Virus record (IMG/VR): IMGVR_UViG_3300020045_003575
Coordinates: 1 to 35,762 of that record
Length of the DNA: 35,762 bases
Reading direction: 5' to 3' (one strand)
Origin: a virus
Lineage: Duplodnaviria > Caudoviricetes
Shown here: positions 25,999 to 35,605 of the stretch, piece by piece
Numbering within the stretch: position 1 is the stretch's first letter
Layout of the letters: each line of letters opens with the position of its first letter
The notes under the pieces: model-generated
Databases searched by the model: none
Seen by the model: only the letters and a program-made list of their open reading frames with translations
Told to the model about the DNA's origin: nothing
Program-made: the position numbers and the translations under genes

Positions 25999-27112
25999 AC
26001 CAATAAATATTTTAACTCCAGTTGTTGAAGAAAAAAAGATTGATATTAACGATATTAATCGTTTCAAAATTGATATTAATGAGGAAATTCCTTTGCCAGA
26101 AATTGTGCTTTCTATTTGTGACCCTAATGGAGAAAATAAAAGAATGGTAATGACTCGCCAAAATATAAGCTGCGTAACAGCACAAGCAAAAGTGGGTAAA
26201 ACATTTTTAATTAAACTTATAATTTCGGCTTGTTTAAAAAAATCTGTGTTTCAAAATCGCCTACATTCTGAAATGCCGAACGGCAGGGATAAAATTTTAT
26301 ACATCGATACAGAACAAAGCAAATACCACGTTCAACTTGGATTAAAACAAATGCGTGACTTGGTGAATGAAAACGCAACCGACAGCAACAATAATTTCAA
26401 TGCGGTAAAAGATAAAATAGATGTTTACCAATTCGATGCAGTTGGTACAGATGTGCGTTACGACTATGTAAAAGAATTAATCTACAGCAAAACATATTCA
26501 TTAGTTATTATTGATGGTATTTCGGACTTAAGCATTGATACTAATGATTTAAAACTGGCTGACAAACTTGTAACAGATTTGCGAATTTGGGCAACAGAAA
26601 ACGACTTGCACATACTTAATGTTATTCACTTAAACCCAGGGGACTTGTCGCATAAAATGAAAGGGCATTTAGGCACGAAATTAGCCGATAAAAGCGAAAC
26701 TGTACTTGGCGTATCAATTGATAAAGAAAATGGAAATATAAGGCTCGTACAGTCGTTAGCAACAAGAAATAGAAAGCCTGACCCATTCGCATTCGAGATT
26801 TTAGAAAACGGAAACCCAAATATTGTTGATTATGAATTTTCGGAAACAACAATAAAAGAAAGAAAACTATCAAAAAAAGACCTTATTAAAAAGTTTGAAA
26901 TCGACATAATAAATGATTGTTTTTTAGAAGAGGACGAAAAAGGATTTGGATATTCTTTGTTTTTGGATAAGGTTAAAAGATCATTTATAAAATTCACAAA
27001 CGAAACAATAGGCGATAATTACGCAAAAGCATTCATTAAAGAGGCTGTAGAAACTTCAAAAGTATGTTTTGAACCAGCGAGCAAGCGTTATTTTTTGTGT
27101 GAATTTATTTAA
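25991..27112 (+). CDS. RecA-fold / SF4-like (AAA_25) replicative helicase
   Basis: AQAKVGKT Walker A, YIDTEQS, LVIIDGISDL Walker B, VIHLN..., KGHLGT. Confidence 0.8.
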   Translation: MYEPINILTPVVEEKKIDINDINRFKIDINEEIPLPEIVLSICDPNGENKRMVMTRQNISCVTAQAKVGKTFLIKLIISACLKKSVFQNRLHSEMPNGRDKILYIDTEQSKYHVQLGLKQMRDLVNENATDSNNNFNAVKDKIDVYQFDAVGTDVRYDYVKELIYSKTYSLVIIDGISDLSIDTNDLKLADKLVTDLRIWATENDLHILNVIHLNPGDLSHKMKGHLGTKLADKSETVLGVSIDKENGNIRLVQSLATRNRKPDPFAFEILENGNPNIVDYEFSETTIKERKLSKKDLIKKFEIDIINDCFLEEDEKGFGYSLFLDKVKRSFIKFTNETIGDNYAKAFIKEAVETSKVCFEPASKRYFLCEFI

Positions 27113-27119
27113 TAAAATC

Positions 27120-27228
27120 GGTTTAGTCGGTAGTAAACAGGTGTTTTGTTTTAAACTGGTTTACAGTTTAAAAAACCCCCTATAAAGGGGGGTTTAAACT
27201 AAACCGTAAACCGTAAACCACTTTAAAC
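27120..27228. repeat. putative replication origin (TAAAC/GTTTA repeats around a GC hairpin)
   Basis: Several GGTTTA/GTTTA left and TAAACC x3 right of AAACCCCCTATAAAGGGGGGTTT; directly after the helicase gene. Confidence 0.55.
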
Positions 27229-27235
27229 AAAAAAA

Positions 27236-27481
27236 ATGGATAAAATTAAAATAAATAAAGACACAACAATAAACCTAACCTTTGAAATACAAATATCGAA
27301 TTTAGGCAGACCATTTAGAAACTTTGGAACAAAGTACAACCTACAGTTACCAACTAAATGGATTGAAGGTATGGAACGCCACCACGTTATACATCAATTC
27401 ATTTATTTGGATGAGCAAGGAGGTTATTTCGATGTTGAGGTGGACTATTGGGGTAAGTTTGTTGGTTTGGTTAAAGTGTAG
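27236..27481 (+). CDS. hypothetical protein
   Basis: 81-aa ORF. Confidence 0.55.
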   Translation: MDKIKINKDTTINLTFEIQISNLGRPFRNFGTKYNLQLPTKWIEGMERHHVIHQFIYLDEQGGYFDVEVDYWGKFVGLVKV

Positions 27482-27483
27482 TT

Positions 27484-27544
27484 ATTTAGAATAAATATAA
27501 ATTAATACAAAATGTATTTTATATGGTATTTTTGATTATCTTTG
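27484..27544 (+). promoter_or_regulatory. promoter with upstream 19-bp palindromic box
   Basis: ATTTAGAATAAATATAAAT (27484-27502); TATCTTTG (27537-27544). Confidence 0.6.
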
Positions 27545-27575
27545 AATATTGAAAATCACTAAAAAAATAGAAATT

Positions 27576-27791
27576 ATGACAATCACACTATATTTACAGA
27601 AAGAAACGCTTTTAAGAGATTTAGCAACTTTACAACATATATTTAAAAAGAATATTGAAGTAATAGATAGTTTAATAAAACATTATGAACCTTTAAATAT
27701 CTCAACTTGTAACAAAGGAGGAAATTCAGTATCTATACAAGTTAGTCCAGAAGAATTTGCTTTAATTGGAGTTTTTGATAAATTCATTTAA
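27576..27791 (+). CDS. hypothetical protein
   Basis: Likely start ATTATG at 27576. Confidence 0.55.
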   Translation: MTITLYLQKETLLRDLATLQHIFKKNIEVIDSLIKHYEPLNISTCNKGGNSVSIQVSPEEFALIGVFDKFI

Positions 27792-27792
27792 T

Positions 27793-27993
27793 ATGACCCA
27801 ACACCAATCCATCTTAAAAGATCTGATAACCAAATCAGGTCTTTCTAAAAAGCAGTTTTGCGATAAACACGAAATAGCAATCACAAAAATAAATCATTGG
27901 CTTAACGGTACTCGCAATGTCCAATTTTGCACACTTGAACTAATCGCCTTTGATGAAGGTAAAAAAATAACGTTAAAAATTGAGGAATTATGA
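27793..27993 (+). CDS. XRE-family HTH protein
   Basis: LKDLITKSGLSKKQFCDKHEIAITKINHWLNGTRN; likely start 27793. Confidence 0.7.
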   Translation: MTQHQSILKDLITKSGLSKKQFCDKHEIAITKINHWLNGTRNVQFCTLELIAFDEGKKITLKIEEL

Positions 27994-28334
27994 ATAGAGA
28001 AATTAAATTTGAATATGGGTTCGAAAGTGTAAACGGAATAGTAAAGAAAAAATACTATTTACACGAAATACCATTCATACACGACAAATGTGATGTTTGG
28101 AATATGCTCCCTATTGTTTATGTTAGGGAATTCACCGGATTAAAAGATAAAAACGGTGTTGATATTTATGAGGGGGATATTTTAAACCATTATTCTGGTA
28201 AAATAATTATAAAATACGAACCCGATTTTTGTGGCTATAATATCTGTTATTCTATGCACGAATGTACTGTATTGCAAGATGAAATTGAAATAATTGGAAA
28301 CATCTACGAAAACCCAGAACTATTAAACAACTAA
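27990..28334 (+). CDS. YopX family protein
   Basis: MNREIKF, FTGLKDKNGVDIYEGDIL, EIIGNIYENPELL. Confidence 0.9.
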   Translation: MNREIKFEYGFESVNGIVKKKYYLHEIPFIHDKCDVWNMLPIVYVREFTGLKDKNGVDIYEGDILNHYSGKIIIKYEPDFCGYNICYSMHECTVLQDEIEIIGNIYENPELLNN

Positions 28335-28406
28335 CATTATGAAACGAAACGACTATATTTTTATCACAGCAATTATAATAATATCAATAATTTTAATTTT
28401 AGCACA

Positions 28407-28658
28407 ATGAAAAATCAAGAAAGAGAAAAATTACAAGATGCATTTCCAAATGAATATGTTTCAGAAGGAGCAAGAGGAATGACTTTAAGAGATTATTTCG
28501 CTAATTCTTCAGATATCCCTTGGAATGCATTAATCGAAACAATAGAGATTAAAAGTCCAGAATTAAAGGGGAAAGTAACTGTTAGAATGGTATTAGAATT
28601 ACGAGCAGAATACAAATATCTTGAAGCCGATGCAATGCTAAAACAACGTGAATTATGA
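28407..28658 (+). CDS. conserved phage hypothetical protein
   Basis: AFP...GMTLRDYFA...ADAML motif. Confidence 0.7.
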   Translation: MKNQEREKLQDAFPNEYVSEGARGMTLRDYFANSSDIPWNALIETIEIKSPELKGKVTVRMVLELRAEYKYLEADAMLKQREL

Positions 28659-29056
28659 AAACACTAACCCTACTACTATTCACTTCGTTATCATTTAGCC
28701 AAGTACACATAAAAGATAATCAATCATTTCATATTGCCGTTGGAAACGACGGCATAGAAATTGAAACGTCACGAAACTTATACATCAGAGCTGGATTAAG
28801 CACAGACAAAGCCGTTGGTTGTATCGGAATTAACTTGTCCGATAGTTACGATGACCAATGGGTCAATCATTTCGGTATTCGTTTAGGTAAGCTTTATGAA
28901 ACGCCTACAGCAGTATTTGGACTTGAATATGGAGTTGATAAAAAACTAACTGAAAAATTATTTATCGGAGGTCGAATTTATAACGATTGGATTGCAAACA
29001 ATATTAAAACCGAAAAAAAAGTAGGTTTTTGCATTAGATTAGGATTTTATTTGTAA
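28655..29056 (+). CDS. secreted, probable small outer-membrane beta-barrel protein
   Basis: Signal peptide MKTLTLLLFTSLSFS-Q; alternating strands; C-terminal RLGFYL. Confidence 0.55.
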   Translation: MKTLTLLLFTSLSFSQVHIKDNQSFHIAVGNDGIEIETSRNLYIRAGLSTDKAVGCIGINLSDSYDDQWVNHFGIRLGKLYETPTAVFGLEYGVDKKLTEKLFIGGRIYNDWIANNIKTEKKVGFCIRLGFYL

Positions 29057-29065
29057 TTTTGGGTT

Positions 29066-29500
29066 ATGGCATATAGTTTAGAAGAAAAAGAAGAAATAAT
29101 AAAGAAAGTCCTTTCATCTATTGAATCAGGACTTTCTTTGCGTAAAGCTATTTTAGAATTAAATATAGTAAGCCGTGATACTTTTAATGAATGGTTAAAG
29201 GAAGATAAAAATATTTCCGACCAATACGCGCGAGCTTGTGAACAACGAGCAGATACTATTTTCGAAGAGATTTTAGACATTGCAGACGAAACAAGCAAAG
29301 ATACCATTTACACTGATAAAGGAGAAATTCCTAATTCTGAATGGATGCAAAGAAGCCGATTAAGAGTAGATGCAAGAAAATGGATGCTGGGAAAAATGAA
29401 TCCTAAAAAGTACGGTGATAAAATTCAAACAGAACACTCTGGGGAAGTAACTACAAATATAATTTCATTAGGAAATGGAACTGCTCCCGAAACAGAATAA
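29066..29500 (+). CDS. terminase small subunit
   Basis: GLSLRKA, QYARA, EEILDIAD, SRLRVDARKW.LGKMNPKKYGDK. Confidence 0.9.
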   Translation: MAYSLEEKEEIIKKVLSSIESGLSLRKAILELNIVSRDTFNEWLKEDKNISDQYARACEQRADTIFEEILDIADETSKDTIYTDKGEIPNSEWMQRSRLRVDARKWMLGKMNPKKYGDKIQTEHSGEVTTNIISLGNGTAPETE

Positions 29501-30773
29501 TGCGGTTTACTTTCTAAAAGATAAAATAACCAAAGAAATAATTTACGGTGGCGCAGCAGGAGGTGGTAAGTCCGCTTTAGGTTGTTTGTGGCTAATTGAA
29601 CAGTGTCAAATGTATCCCGGTACACGTTGGTTAATGGGAAGGTCTAAATTAAAAACACTAAAAGAAACCACTTTAAATACTTTCTTTGAGCTTACTTCAA
29701 ATCTTAAACTGTCAAATCAATTCAATATTAATAATCAATCAGGGGTTATTTATTGGAACAATGGTAGTGAAATAATACTAAAAGACCTTTACCAATATCC
29801 AAGCGATCCTAACTTTGACAGCTTGGGGTCTCTGGAAATAACAGGGGCATTCGTTGATGAGTGTAATCAAATATCTTACAAAGCGTGGCAAATTGTAACA
29901 TCACGTATTCGTTATAAATTAAATGATTACAATATAGTTCCAAAAATACTTGGTACTTGCAACCCGTCAAAAAACTGGGTTTATTCTAAATTTTATGTGC
30001 CATCTACCAACGGGACAATATCAAACAATAGGAGATTTATTCAGTCATTACCAACAGATAATCCACATTTACATCCTTCTTATTTAGAATCATTATTAGC
30101 ATTAGACGAAACAAGCAAAAGGCGTTTATACTATGGTGATTGGGCGTATGATAATGATCCCGCCTCTTTAATATCATTTGACAAGATAAACGATGTATTT
30201 ACAAATTATTTTGTTATTGAAGGAGATAAATATATTAGTGCAGATATTGCCCGTTATGGAAGTGATAAAATGGTTATATGTGTTTGGTCAGGATTTAGGG
30301 TAATTGAAATATTTACTTTGGATAAATCTAGCATAACGCAAACAGCCGAAGCAATAAGAGGTTTAGCGTTAAAACATAAAGTGCCTAATTCTAATATAAT
30401 TGCAGACGAGGACGGTGTAGGTGGTGGAGTAGTTGATGTATTGTGTTGTAAAGGGTTCGTGAATAACTCAAGAGCATTGAAAGAAGAAAATCAATTGATG
30501 GAATATAAAAACCTAAAAACACAATGTTACTATAAATTAGCAGAAAAAATACAACGTAATGAGGTGTTTATAGATTGCCAAGACGGATACTTGCAAGATT
30601 TAATAACAAAGGAGTTAGAACAAGTAAAAAGGGATAAAATAGATAGCGATGGAAAGCTTAGGATTATACCAAAAGAAAAGGTAAAAGAATTAATTGGACA
30701 CTCTCCAGATTATACTGATGCTTTAATGATGAGATTATGGTTCGAACTATCGCCAAAGTTTTTCACGTTTTAA
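29475..30773 (+). CDS. terminase large subunit
   Basis: YGGAAGGGKS, AFVDEC, GTCNP, DNPHL, SADIARYGSD, SPDYTDALM. Confidence 0.95.
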   Translation: MELLPKQNNAVYFLKDKITKEIIYGGAAGGGKSALGCLWLIEQCQMYPGTRWLMGRSKLKTLKETTLNTFFELTSNLKLSNQFNINNQSGVIYWNNGSEIILKDLYQYPSDPNFDSLGSLEITGAFVDECNQISYKAWQIVTSRIRYKLNDYNIVPKILGTCNPSKNWVYSKFYVPSTNGTISNNRRFIQSLPTDNPHLHPSYLESLLALDETSKRRLYYGDWAYDNDPASLISFDKINDVFTNYFVIEGDKYISADIARYGSDKMVICVWSGFRVIEIFTLDKSSITQTAEAIRGLALKHKVPNSNIIADEDGVGGGVVDVLCCKGFVNNSRALKEENQLMEYKNLKTQCYYKLAEKIQRNEVFIDCQDGYLQDLITKELEQVKRDKIDSDGKLRIIPKEKVKELIGHSPDYTDALMMRLWFELSPKFFTF

Positions 30774-30786
30774 TAAAATAAATTTA

Positions 30787-30794
30787 TATCTTTG
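30787..30794 (+). promoter_or_regulatory. -7 promoter box
   Basis: TATCTTTG upstream of the portal gene. Confidence 0.5.
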
Positions 30795-30810
30795 ATAAAA
30801 ATTAACTATA

Positions 30811-32193
30811 ATGGCAAAAAATAGATTACAGATAGCGTGGAATGTTTTGACAAATCCTAATAAAAACTATTTTAACGAGGCTTTATATAAATTAGTAGGT
30901 GGGTTAACTCAAACTTATAATCCTACTCTTGAAACGCTTATAACAAAAGGTTATGGAGATAACCCGGATGTTAACGCCATAGTTAATCAAATGGCATCAA
31001 AGACAACATCTGTCCCTTTTTGCATTAAAAAAGTGGACGATAAGGAATCTTTAAAGAAATTGAAAAGGTATCCAAACAATCCTACTTTTCAACAAAAAGT
31101 AGCTATTAAAAAACTACAGCAAAAGGCATACGAAACAGATACAGAAATGCCGATGCCTTTAGAGCATCCTAATCCCAATCAAACGTGGAAAGATATTCTA
31201 TTTTTGTATAAACTTTACTTGAAAGTTTGCGGAAATGTTTATTTATACAAAATGTTTCCAAAAGATGGAATGAATGCCGGGCAACCGATGCAATTATATA
31301 TTTTGCCAAGTCATTGGGTTCAGATTGTTTTAAAACAAGAAGCGTCCACTTTAAGCATTGAAAATCCAATTGATTATTTTATATTAGAGCAAGGGAACAA
31401 ATTTGTTAGGTTTGATGTTGAGAATATAATTCACATTAAACGAGCCAATCCATTTTACAATCAAAATGGTTCACATTTATACGGATACAGCGAATTAATG
31501 GCTGCTATACGAAATATTAATAGTTCCAATAGCTTCACAGATACAAATGTTAAAACTTCTCAAAATAGCGGTGTTTATGGATTCATTCACGCTGGAGACG
31601 GTGCAACACCATTAACACAAGACCAAGCAAAAGATCTAAAAGAGCGTTTGGTAGATATGGATAATTCAAGTGAGAAACTTTCTAATATTGCAGGTGCGTC
31701 TGGTAAGCTTGGATTTACTAGAATTTCATTGACAACAGATGAATTAAAACCATTTGACTTTCTAAGCAATGATAGACGCACACTTTGTAATTGTTTGAAT
31801 TGGCCAATTGATTTATTGAATGAAGAAAGAAGCGGAACAGGATTCGGAGTTGATGGAGTTATTGAAGCAAGGAAACGAGCTATTACTGACAACATTAAAC
31901 CTGATTTAGATTTATTTGCAACTTCGTTTAATAAAGAGTTTATTCAAAAATTCAAAGGATATGAGGACGCTGAATTGGATTTTGATATTACGGAATTGCC
32001 AGAAATGCAGACCGATATGGAAACTATGTCTAAATGGGTTAACGCAGTACCTTTGACATTGAATGAACGTAGGGAAGTATTTAATTATGAGGAAGTAGAT
32101 GATGAAATGATGAATGAGATTTACATTCCAAATGGAATAATAAACATTAATGATCCAAGCGTAACCGATATGCAATCAAATGGACAAGCTTAG
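30811..32193 (+). CDS. portal protein (HK97 family)
   Basis: PNPNQTW, GNVYLY, QLYILPSHWV, IIHIK, LYGYS, LTLNERRE; follows TerL. Confidence 0.92.
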   Translation: MAKNRLQIAWNVLTNPNKNYFNEALYKLVGGLTQTYNPTLETLITKGYGDNPDVNAIVNQMASKTTSVPFCIKKVDDKESLKKLKRYPNNPTFQQKVAIKKLQQKAYETDTEMPMPLEHPNPNQTWKDILFLYKLYLKVCGNVYLYKMFPKDGMNAGQPMQLYILPSHWVQIVLKQEASTLSIENPIDYFILEQGNKFVRFDVENIIHIKRANPFYNQNGSHLYGYSELMAAIRNINSSNSFTDTNVKTSQNSGVYGFIHAGDGATPLTQDQAKDLKERLVDMDNSSEKLSNIAGASGKLGFTRISLTTDELKPFDFLSNDRRTLCNCLNWPIDLLNEERSGTGFGVDGVIEARKRAITDNIKPDLDLFATSFNKEFIQKFKGYEDAELDFDITELPEMQTDMETMSKWVNAVPLTLNERREVFNYEEVDDEMMNEIYIPNGIININDPSVTDMQSNGQA

Positions 32194-32908
32194 ACAACGA
32201 CAAGAAATACAAGCCTATCGAATAGTAAGGCGTAATGTGCTGAAAATTGTCAATGCTATTCCGTTTAATAATATGTCTAAAATGACGTATAATGCATTGA
32301 TTTATGCCAATGTTACAGAAGCACAGATAAAAGAAATGTATAATGAAATTTATACAACTTTAGGAAAACCGCATTACAAACGTATTCAAAAAAGCATTAA
32401 AGCCGAAATAGATTTTGAAAGCATTATAAGTACTTGGTTAAATCAAAACGCAGGATTAAGGATTGTTTCGGTTCATCAAACATTAATAGAATCTATTGTA
32501 AAAGTGATTGCTGATGGTTACGAAAATAACTTATCCGTTGCTGACATAACACGTAATTTACAACGACAATTTGGATGGTACAAGGCGCAGGCATTGAGAA
32601 TCGCAAGAACAGAAACCACAACTGCTACAAATGTGGCTACAGTATTAGCTGCTCAAAGTTCTAATTTAGTATTGGAAAAGAATTGGGTATCAGTACAAGA
32701 CAATAGAACGCGTAGAAAAGTATATGACCATTTGGATATGAATGGCCAGAAAGTTGATGAATTCGCACCGTTTTTCGTAGGTGGTGAAAATTTAGAGTAT
32801 CCGGGCGACCCGAAAGGAAGCGCAGGGAATACAATAAATTGCCGTTGTAAAGTAGTATTTACGGTAAAGTTAGATGAAAAAGGAAAACCAATAAGGAAAA
32901 TAAAATAA
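32180..32908 (+). CDS. head morphogenesis protein (SPP1 gp7 / MuF-like)
   Basis: ALRIARTET, KNWVSVQDNRTR..H, YPGDP.GSAGNTINCRC. Confidence 0.9.
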   Translation: MDKLRQRQEIQAYRIVRRNVLKIVNAIPFNNMSKMTYNALIYANVTEAQIKEMYNEIYTTLGKPHYKRIQKSIKAEIDFESIISTWLNQNAGLRIVSVHQTLIESIVKVIADGYENNLSVADITRNLQRQFGWYKAQALRIARTETTTATNVATVLAAQSSNLVLEKNWVSVQDNRTRRKVYDHLDMNGQKVDEFAPFFVGGENLEYPGDPKGSAGNTINCRCKVVFTVKLDEKGKPIRKIK

Positions 32909-32910
32909 CT

Positions 32911-32945
32911 ATTTAGACTAAATTAAAATAATATTAATATATTTG
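32911..32945 (+). promoter_or_regulatory. promoter-like site with 19-bp box
   Basis: ATTTAGACTAAATTAAAAT (32911-32929); TATATTTG (32938-32945). Confidence 0.45.
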
Positions 32946-32949
32946 TATT

Positions 32950-33609
32950 ATGGAATTCAAACAATTATCATACGATTTAAAAGAGTTAGACGATTCTAAA
33001 GGAGTTGTGAAGGCTTATGCAAATGCATACGACAATGAAGATTCAGATAAAGATATTTCTGTTTACGGTTCATTCGATAAAACAGTAAGCGAAAACTTTA
33101 AACGGATTCGAGTATTAAAAGACCACAATCCTACAATGATGATAGGTGTTCCATTGGTTATTGATACAAAAGATAGATTTGGACTTCTTACAACTACTCA
33201 GTTTAATATGAATAAACCATTAGGTAAAGATATGTTTACTGATGTTAAATTGATGCACGATAGCGGAATGAGTGCCGAATTATCTATTGGGTATAAAGTA
33301 ATGCAAAGAGATATTAAAAATAAATCTCGAATTATTGAATACAAATTAATGGAGTATTCGTTTTTATCCAGTTGGGGAGCAAACCAATTATCAACAGTAC
33401 AAGATATAAAATCGATAAAATCCCATTACGGAATAATGGAATTAATCGAAAAATCATACAATTTAGATTATTCAGACGAAAGATTAAGACAAATTGAAAC
33501 GTTATTAAAAGCACTTACCGATGAGCCGTCAGAAACTGACACTTTGATAAATGAGCCGCTTACACTTGAAACATTAAAATCATTTACAAACTCATTAAAA
33601 ATCAAATAA
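32950..33609 (+). CDS. HK97-family prohead protease
   Basis: GVVKAYANAYDNEDSDKD, LKDHN, ELSIGY, KLMEYS...GAN. Confidence 0.92.
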   Translation: MEFKQLSYDLKELDDSKGVVKAYANAYDNEDSDKDISVYGSFDKTVSENFKRIRVLKDHNPTMMIGVPLVIDTKDRFGLLTTTQFNMNKPLGKDMFTDVKLMHDSGMSAELSIGYKVMQRDIKNKSRIIEYKLMEYSFLSSWGANQLSTVQDIKSIKSHYGIMELIEKSYNLDYSDERLRQIETLLKALTDEPSETDTLINEPLTLETLKSFTNSLKIK

Positions 33610-33610
33610 A

Positions 33611-34759
33611 ATGGACGAAAAATTACTTGCCGAATTGGCAAACATCAAAGCAGGCTTGGAAACAAAAACAGCCGCAGAAGTAAAAAGCGCAATCGATGCG
33701 TTTGAAACTAAATTATCAACATCTAACAAAAATCAATTTGAAGCCGAATTGAAAGCTGTTACTGATGCAATGGAATTGAAATTGCAAGCTGTACAAGCAC
33801 ACGCAGACAAACTTGACGTTAAATTGCAAGAAAAAGGAGCAGAAACCAAAAATGAAGATTCTTTGGTAAAATCAATCAAAGATAATTTTGATGGTATTAA
33901 AGATGTTCGTAAAGGAAACGCACTTCAATTTAAAGCGGTTGGAGATATGACCTTGGGGGCAAATCTTACAGGCGCACAACCAAAAGACTACAACTTCAAT
34001 GTTGTAATGATTCCGGGACAAATGCTAAATGTTTCTGACTTGGTTGGAAGCGTTACTATTTCAGGAGGTACTTATACCTATCCACGTGAAGGAGCTGGAG
34101 AAGGGTCTATTGCTGCTCAAACAGAAGGGTCTTCTAAATCCCAAAGAGATTACGATTTCACAATGGTTGACTTAAATACTGACTTTATTGCAGGATTCAC
34201 TCGCTATAGTAAAAAAATGGCAAATAACTTGCCTTTCTTGACTTCATTCATTCCTAATGCATTGAGACGTGATTATGCAATTGCTGAAAATACAGCATTT
34301 AACACTGTATTGGCTGCTGCTGCAACTGCATCTGCTCAAATCATAACAGGAAAAAACAAAATTGAAATGTTGTTGAATGAAATCGCAACACAAGAAGCCG
34401 CAAACTTCCCTGTTAATGCTATCGTTGTAAGACCGGCAGACTATTGGGACATCTTGAAAACTGAAAAATCAACAGGAGCAGGATACGGATTACCGGGTGT
34501 TGTAACTTTGGAAGGTGGTCAATTGAGAATCAACGGTATTCCGATTTTGAGAGCTAACTGGTTAGCTGCTAACAAGTATTATGTTGGTGATTGGTCAAGA
34601 ATCAATAAAATTGTGACTGAAGGACTTTCTTTGGAATTTTCAGAAGTTGAAGGAACTAACTTTGTTAAAAATAACATTACGGCTCGTATTGAAGCACAAG
34701 TAGGATTGGCAGTTGAGCAACCAGCTGCTATTATCTACGGAGATTTTACCGCAGTATAA
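33611..34759 (+). CDS. major capsid protein (HK97 fold)
   Basis: Coiled-coil delta domain; EGSSKSQ, INGIPI, YVGDWS, FVKNNITARIE...P.AIIYGDF. Confidence 0.95.
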   Translation: MDEKLLAELANIKAGLETKTAAEVKSAIDAFETKLSTSNKNQFEAELKAVTDAMELKLQAVQAHADKLDVKLQEKGAETKNEDSLVKSIKDNFDGIKDVRKGNALQFKAVGDMTLGANLTGAQPKDYNFNVVMIPGQMLNVSDLVGSVTISGGTYTYPREGAGEGSIAAQTEGSSKSQRDYDFTMVDLNTDFIAGFTRYSKKMANNLPFLTSFIPNALRRDYAIAENTAFNTVLAAAATASAQIITGKNKIEMLLNEIATQEAANFPVNAIVVRPADYWDILKTEKSTGAGYGLPGVVTLEGGQLRINGIPILRANWLAANKYYVGDWSRINKIVTEGLSLEFSEVEGTNFVKNNITARIEAQVGLAVEQPAAIIYGDFTAV

Positions 34760-34781
34760 TTTTTAAAATGAAAGGAGAATT

Positions 34782-34814
34782 AAACCGATACATTAATTTG
34801 TATCGGTTTTTTTT
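34782..34814 (+). terminator. intrinsic terminator after capsid gene
   Basis: AAACCGATACA/TGTATCGGTTT stem plus T-run. Confidence 0.85.
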
Positions 34815-34815
34815 A

Positions 34816-34823
34816 TATCTTTG
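34816..34823 (+). promoter_or_regulatory. -7 promoter box
   Basis: TATCTTTG immediately after the terminator. Confidence 0.5.
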
Positions 34824-34844
34824 AATAACTTTAAAAATTACATT

Positions 34845-34997
34845 ATGAAATACGAAGTATTAAAACCGTTTTTTAAATTGTCAGAACAAAAGAATTACGA
34901 AATAGGTTCTGTAATTGAGTTATCAAAAGAAGATGCAGAAAATATGGTAAAATATGATTTGGTAAAAGAAATAAAAGAAATTAAAACTAAAAAATAA
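34845..34997 (+). CDS. small post-capsid protein (50 aa)
   Basis: Read manually: MKYEVLKPFFKLSEQKNYEIGSVIELSKEDAENMVKYDLVKEI...; TAATG coupling. Confidence 0.7.
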   Translation: MKYEVLKPFFKLSEQKNYEIGSVIELSKEDAENMVKYDLVKEIKEIKTKK

Positions 34998-35449
34998 TGA
35001 ATACCTATTTAGATGTTATTAGTTTAGATCAAGCCAAGTTATACTTGAAAATCGATACGCTTCAAACTGAAACGGACAACGAGATTACAAGTATGATTAA
35101 TAGTTCTTTGTCGTTTATCGAAAAACGTACAGGACACCATTTTAAAACAAAGAATAAAACATTTTATTCGTGTGCCTTGGTGAATAGTGTAATTGTTTAT
35201 GATTACCCGATTATTGATGTCCCGGCAGGAACACAAGTAAGACAGCTTAATTCTATTGTTCCAACTGTTGACGGGTCAGTAGTTTTAGAACTTGGATATG
35301 CTTCATTGGAAGATATTCCAAGCGAGTTGATAGATGCCGCTTTGCAAATCATTAAAGTTTGGTTTTACGAAAGTGAAAAACAAGAAAACACATCGTTGAT
35401 ACCCTTATCGGTATTACAAGCAATTGATGCTAACCGTAGATTTATATGA
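34997..35449 (+). CDS. head-tail connector (HK97 gp6-like)
   Basis: ISLDQAKLYLKID...D.EITSMINSS..FIEKRT; IPSELIDAALQIIKVWFYE. Confidence 0.85.
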   Translation: MNTYLDVISLDQAKLYLKIDTLQTETDNEITSMINSSLSFIEKRTGHHFKTKNKTFYSCALVNSVIVYDYPIIDVPAGTQVRQLNSIVPTVDGSVVLELGYASLEDIPSELIDAALQIIKVWFYESEKQENTSLIPLSVLQAIDANRRFI

Positions 35450-35496
35450 GCAAGCAAAAAGAAAAAGAATTTAAGTTGTTTGGAATTATTATTTAT

Positions 35497-35605
35497 GTTC
35501 AATATTTCTTGCAGCTGTTTCCGTAGCATCTTCAATATCTTTTTCCGCTTCTTTGCCGTATTTTTTAAGATTGGAAATTACTTTATCAAGTCCTTTGAGT
35601 TCCAT
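35497..35605 (-). CDS. N-terminal part of the gp10-like gene (inverted; continues at window base 1)
   Basis: MELKGLDKVISNLKKYGKEAEKDIEDATETAARNIE; 35497-35525 is the reverse complement of bases 3-31. Confidence 0.75.

Noticed and set aside
224-35236. Short antisense or alternate-frame ORFs in the track (e.g. 224-415, 1907-2179, 3315-3578, 13738-13950, 23566-23952, 29047-29307, 31587-31895, 35039-35236)
   Set aside because: They are shadows of well-supported genes with no recognisable motifs.
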